64,000 nt of DNA. It comes from Nanobdellota archaeon (lineage in GTDB: Archaea > Nanobdellota > Nanobdellia > Pacearchaeales > GW2011-AR1). This document shows positions 63,500-64,000 of this stretch, one piece after another; the stretch's first letter is position 1, and the number at the start of each line of letters is the position of its first letter. Made by a program: the position numbers and the translations under genes. A model generated the notes under the pieces. That model was not told where the DNA came from. It saw only the letters and a list, made by a program, of their open reading frames with translations, and made no database searches. The stretch spans positions 985 through 64,984 of the forward strand of contig JAHISS010000087.1 of NCBI GenBank assembly GCA_018817905.1, given 5' to 3'.

Positions 63500-64000
63500 A
63501 TGGCAATTGATGAAAAAATATTAGATGAATCAGAAGAACTCCTCAAGGCAATGAAAAAAGTACAGATGTTTAGCTCAAAATATCGGGGAATCCCAGTTAA
63601 CGAATTGGTACGAGTGATAAATGGGATGAGGTGTTTAGAAGACTCTCTTCCAAATATTACAACGCCAAAAAACGCTGACGAGGCCACAACTAACGAATTG
63701 AAAAGAAGACTTCACGGCGAGGCAGCACATCTTGACCATTGGGTATCAGGAGAGCCATATGACTTCGAAACTGTTGTAGATATTTATAGAATTCCCAAAG
63801 AAGATCTTGAAGAACTGAGACCTTGGTTACTTGAAAACAAAGAGCCCACACAAAAATCAATTGAAAGGTTATTTGGAAAAAGCGATGTTCAAAGTTTTGA
63901 ATTGCCCCTTGCTGCAGATATCCCTAGTGTGAGGCGGGCTGCTGAGGAAGTAGCCAGGACTAAAATTCAACATTATCACAGAGTTATCGGAAGGTACATT
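63500..64000 (+). CDS. hypothetical protein, 3'-truncated by the window end
   Basis: ATG at 63500 preceded by a TATATAAA box; open frame to the window end. Confidence 0.4.
   Translation, partial: MAIDEKILDESEELLKAMKKVQMFSSKYRGIPVNELVRVINGMRCLEDSLPNITTPKNADEATTNELKRRLHGEAAHLDHWVSGEPYDFETVVDIYRIPKEDLEELRPWLLENKEPTQKSIERLFGKSDVQSFELPLAADIPSVRRAAEEVARTKIQHYHRVIGRYI

Noticed and set aside
1-64000. Search for tRNA, rRNA and CRISPR arrays
   Set aside because: No cloverleaf-compatible segment, rRNA-like conserved block or regularly spaced direct repeats were recognisable by eye in intergenic regions; cannot be fully excluded without tRNAscan, Infernal or a CRISPR finder.

Overview
Low-GC, compact archaeal window; the gene content suggests a DPANN-type (nano-sized, probably host-dependent) archaeon, though no search was run. 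Read entirely by eye, without any database or structure search. Layout, by coordinate: (1) 1-7300: TrmB-like regulator (partial), DUF106/Oxa1-like membrane protein, VapBC pair, SAM methyltransferase, SecY, then an accessory insertion (two unknown ORFs plus an IS200/IS605 TnpA with flanking hairpins). (2) 7380-22755, minus strand: the universal archaeal r-protein cluster L3-L4-L23-L2-S19-L22-S3-L29-SUI1-S17-L14-L24-S4e-L5-S14-S8-L6-L32e-L19e-L18-S5-L30-L15. Thirteen small non-ribosomal ORFs of 60-146 aa sit in nearly every intergenic slot of this cluster, each start/stop-coupled to its neighbours. This is the most unusual thing in the window. (3) 22896-27492: copper-handling locus (membrane-anchored wHTH regulator, perfect palindromic operator, HMA/Cys-rich membrane proteins, CopZ, CopA). 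(4) 27556-33877: small membrane-peptide ORFs, a tandem Lrp-like regulator, a small ORF coupled to a radical-SAM enzyme that shares its N-terminal motif, PCNA, and a fused PriS-PriL-like primase. (5) 34047-58642: several large Cys-rich, beta-helix or PKD surface proteins, three with a shared ~35-bp upstream motif (a fourth copy lies upstream of a pilin-like gene); a RelE-type TA pair; a GH3 hydrolase; an SNase-like nuclease; ProX/YbaK deacylase; TrxB; and a type-IV-pilus-like locus (pilins, FlaI/TadA ATPase, two TadC/FlaJ-like proteins). (6) 58657-64000: small GTPase with conserved neighbours, CCA-adding enzyme, HicAB pair, TrmB regulator. No rRNA, tRNA or CRISPR array was recognised by eye.
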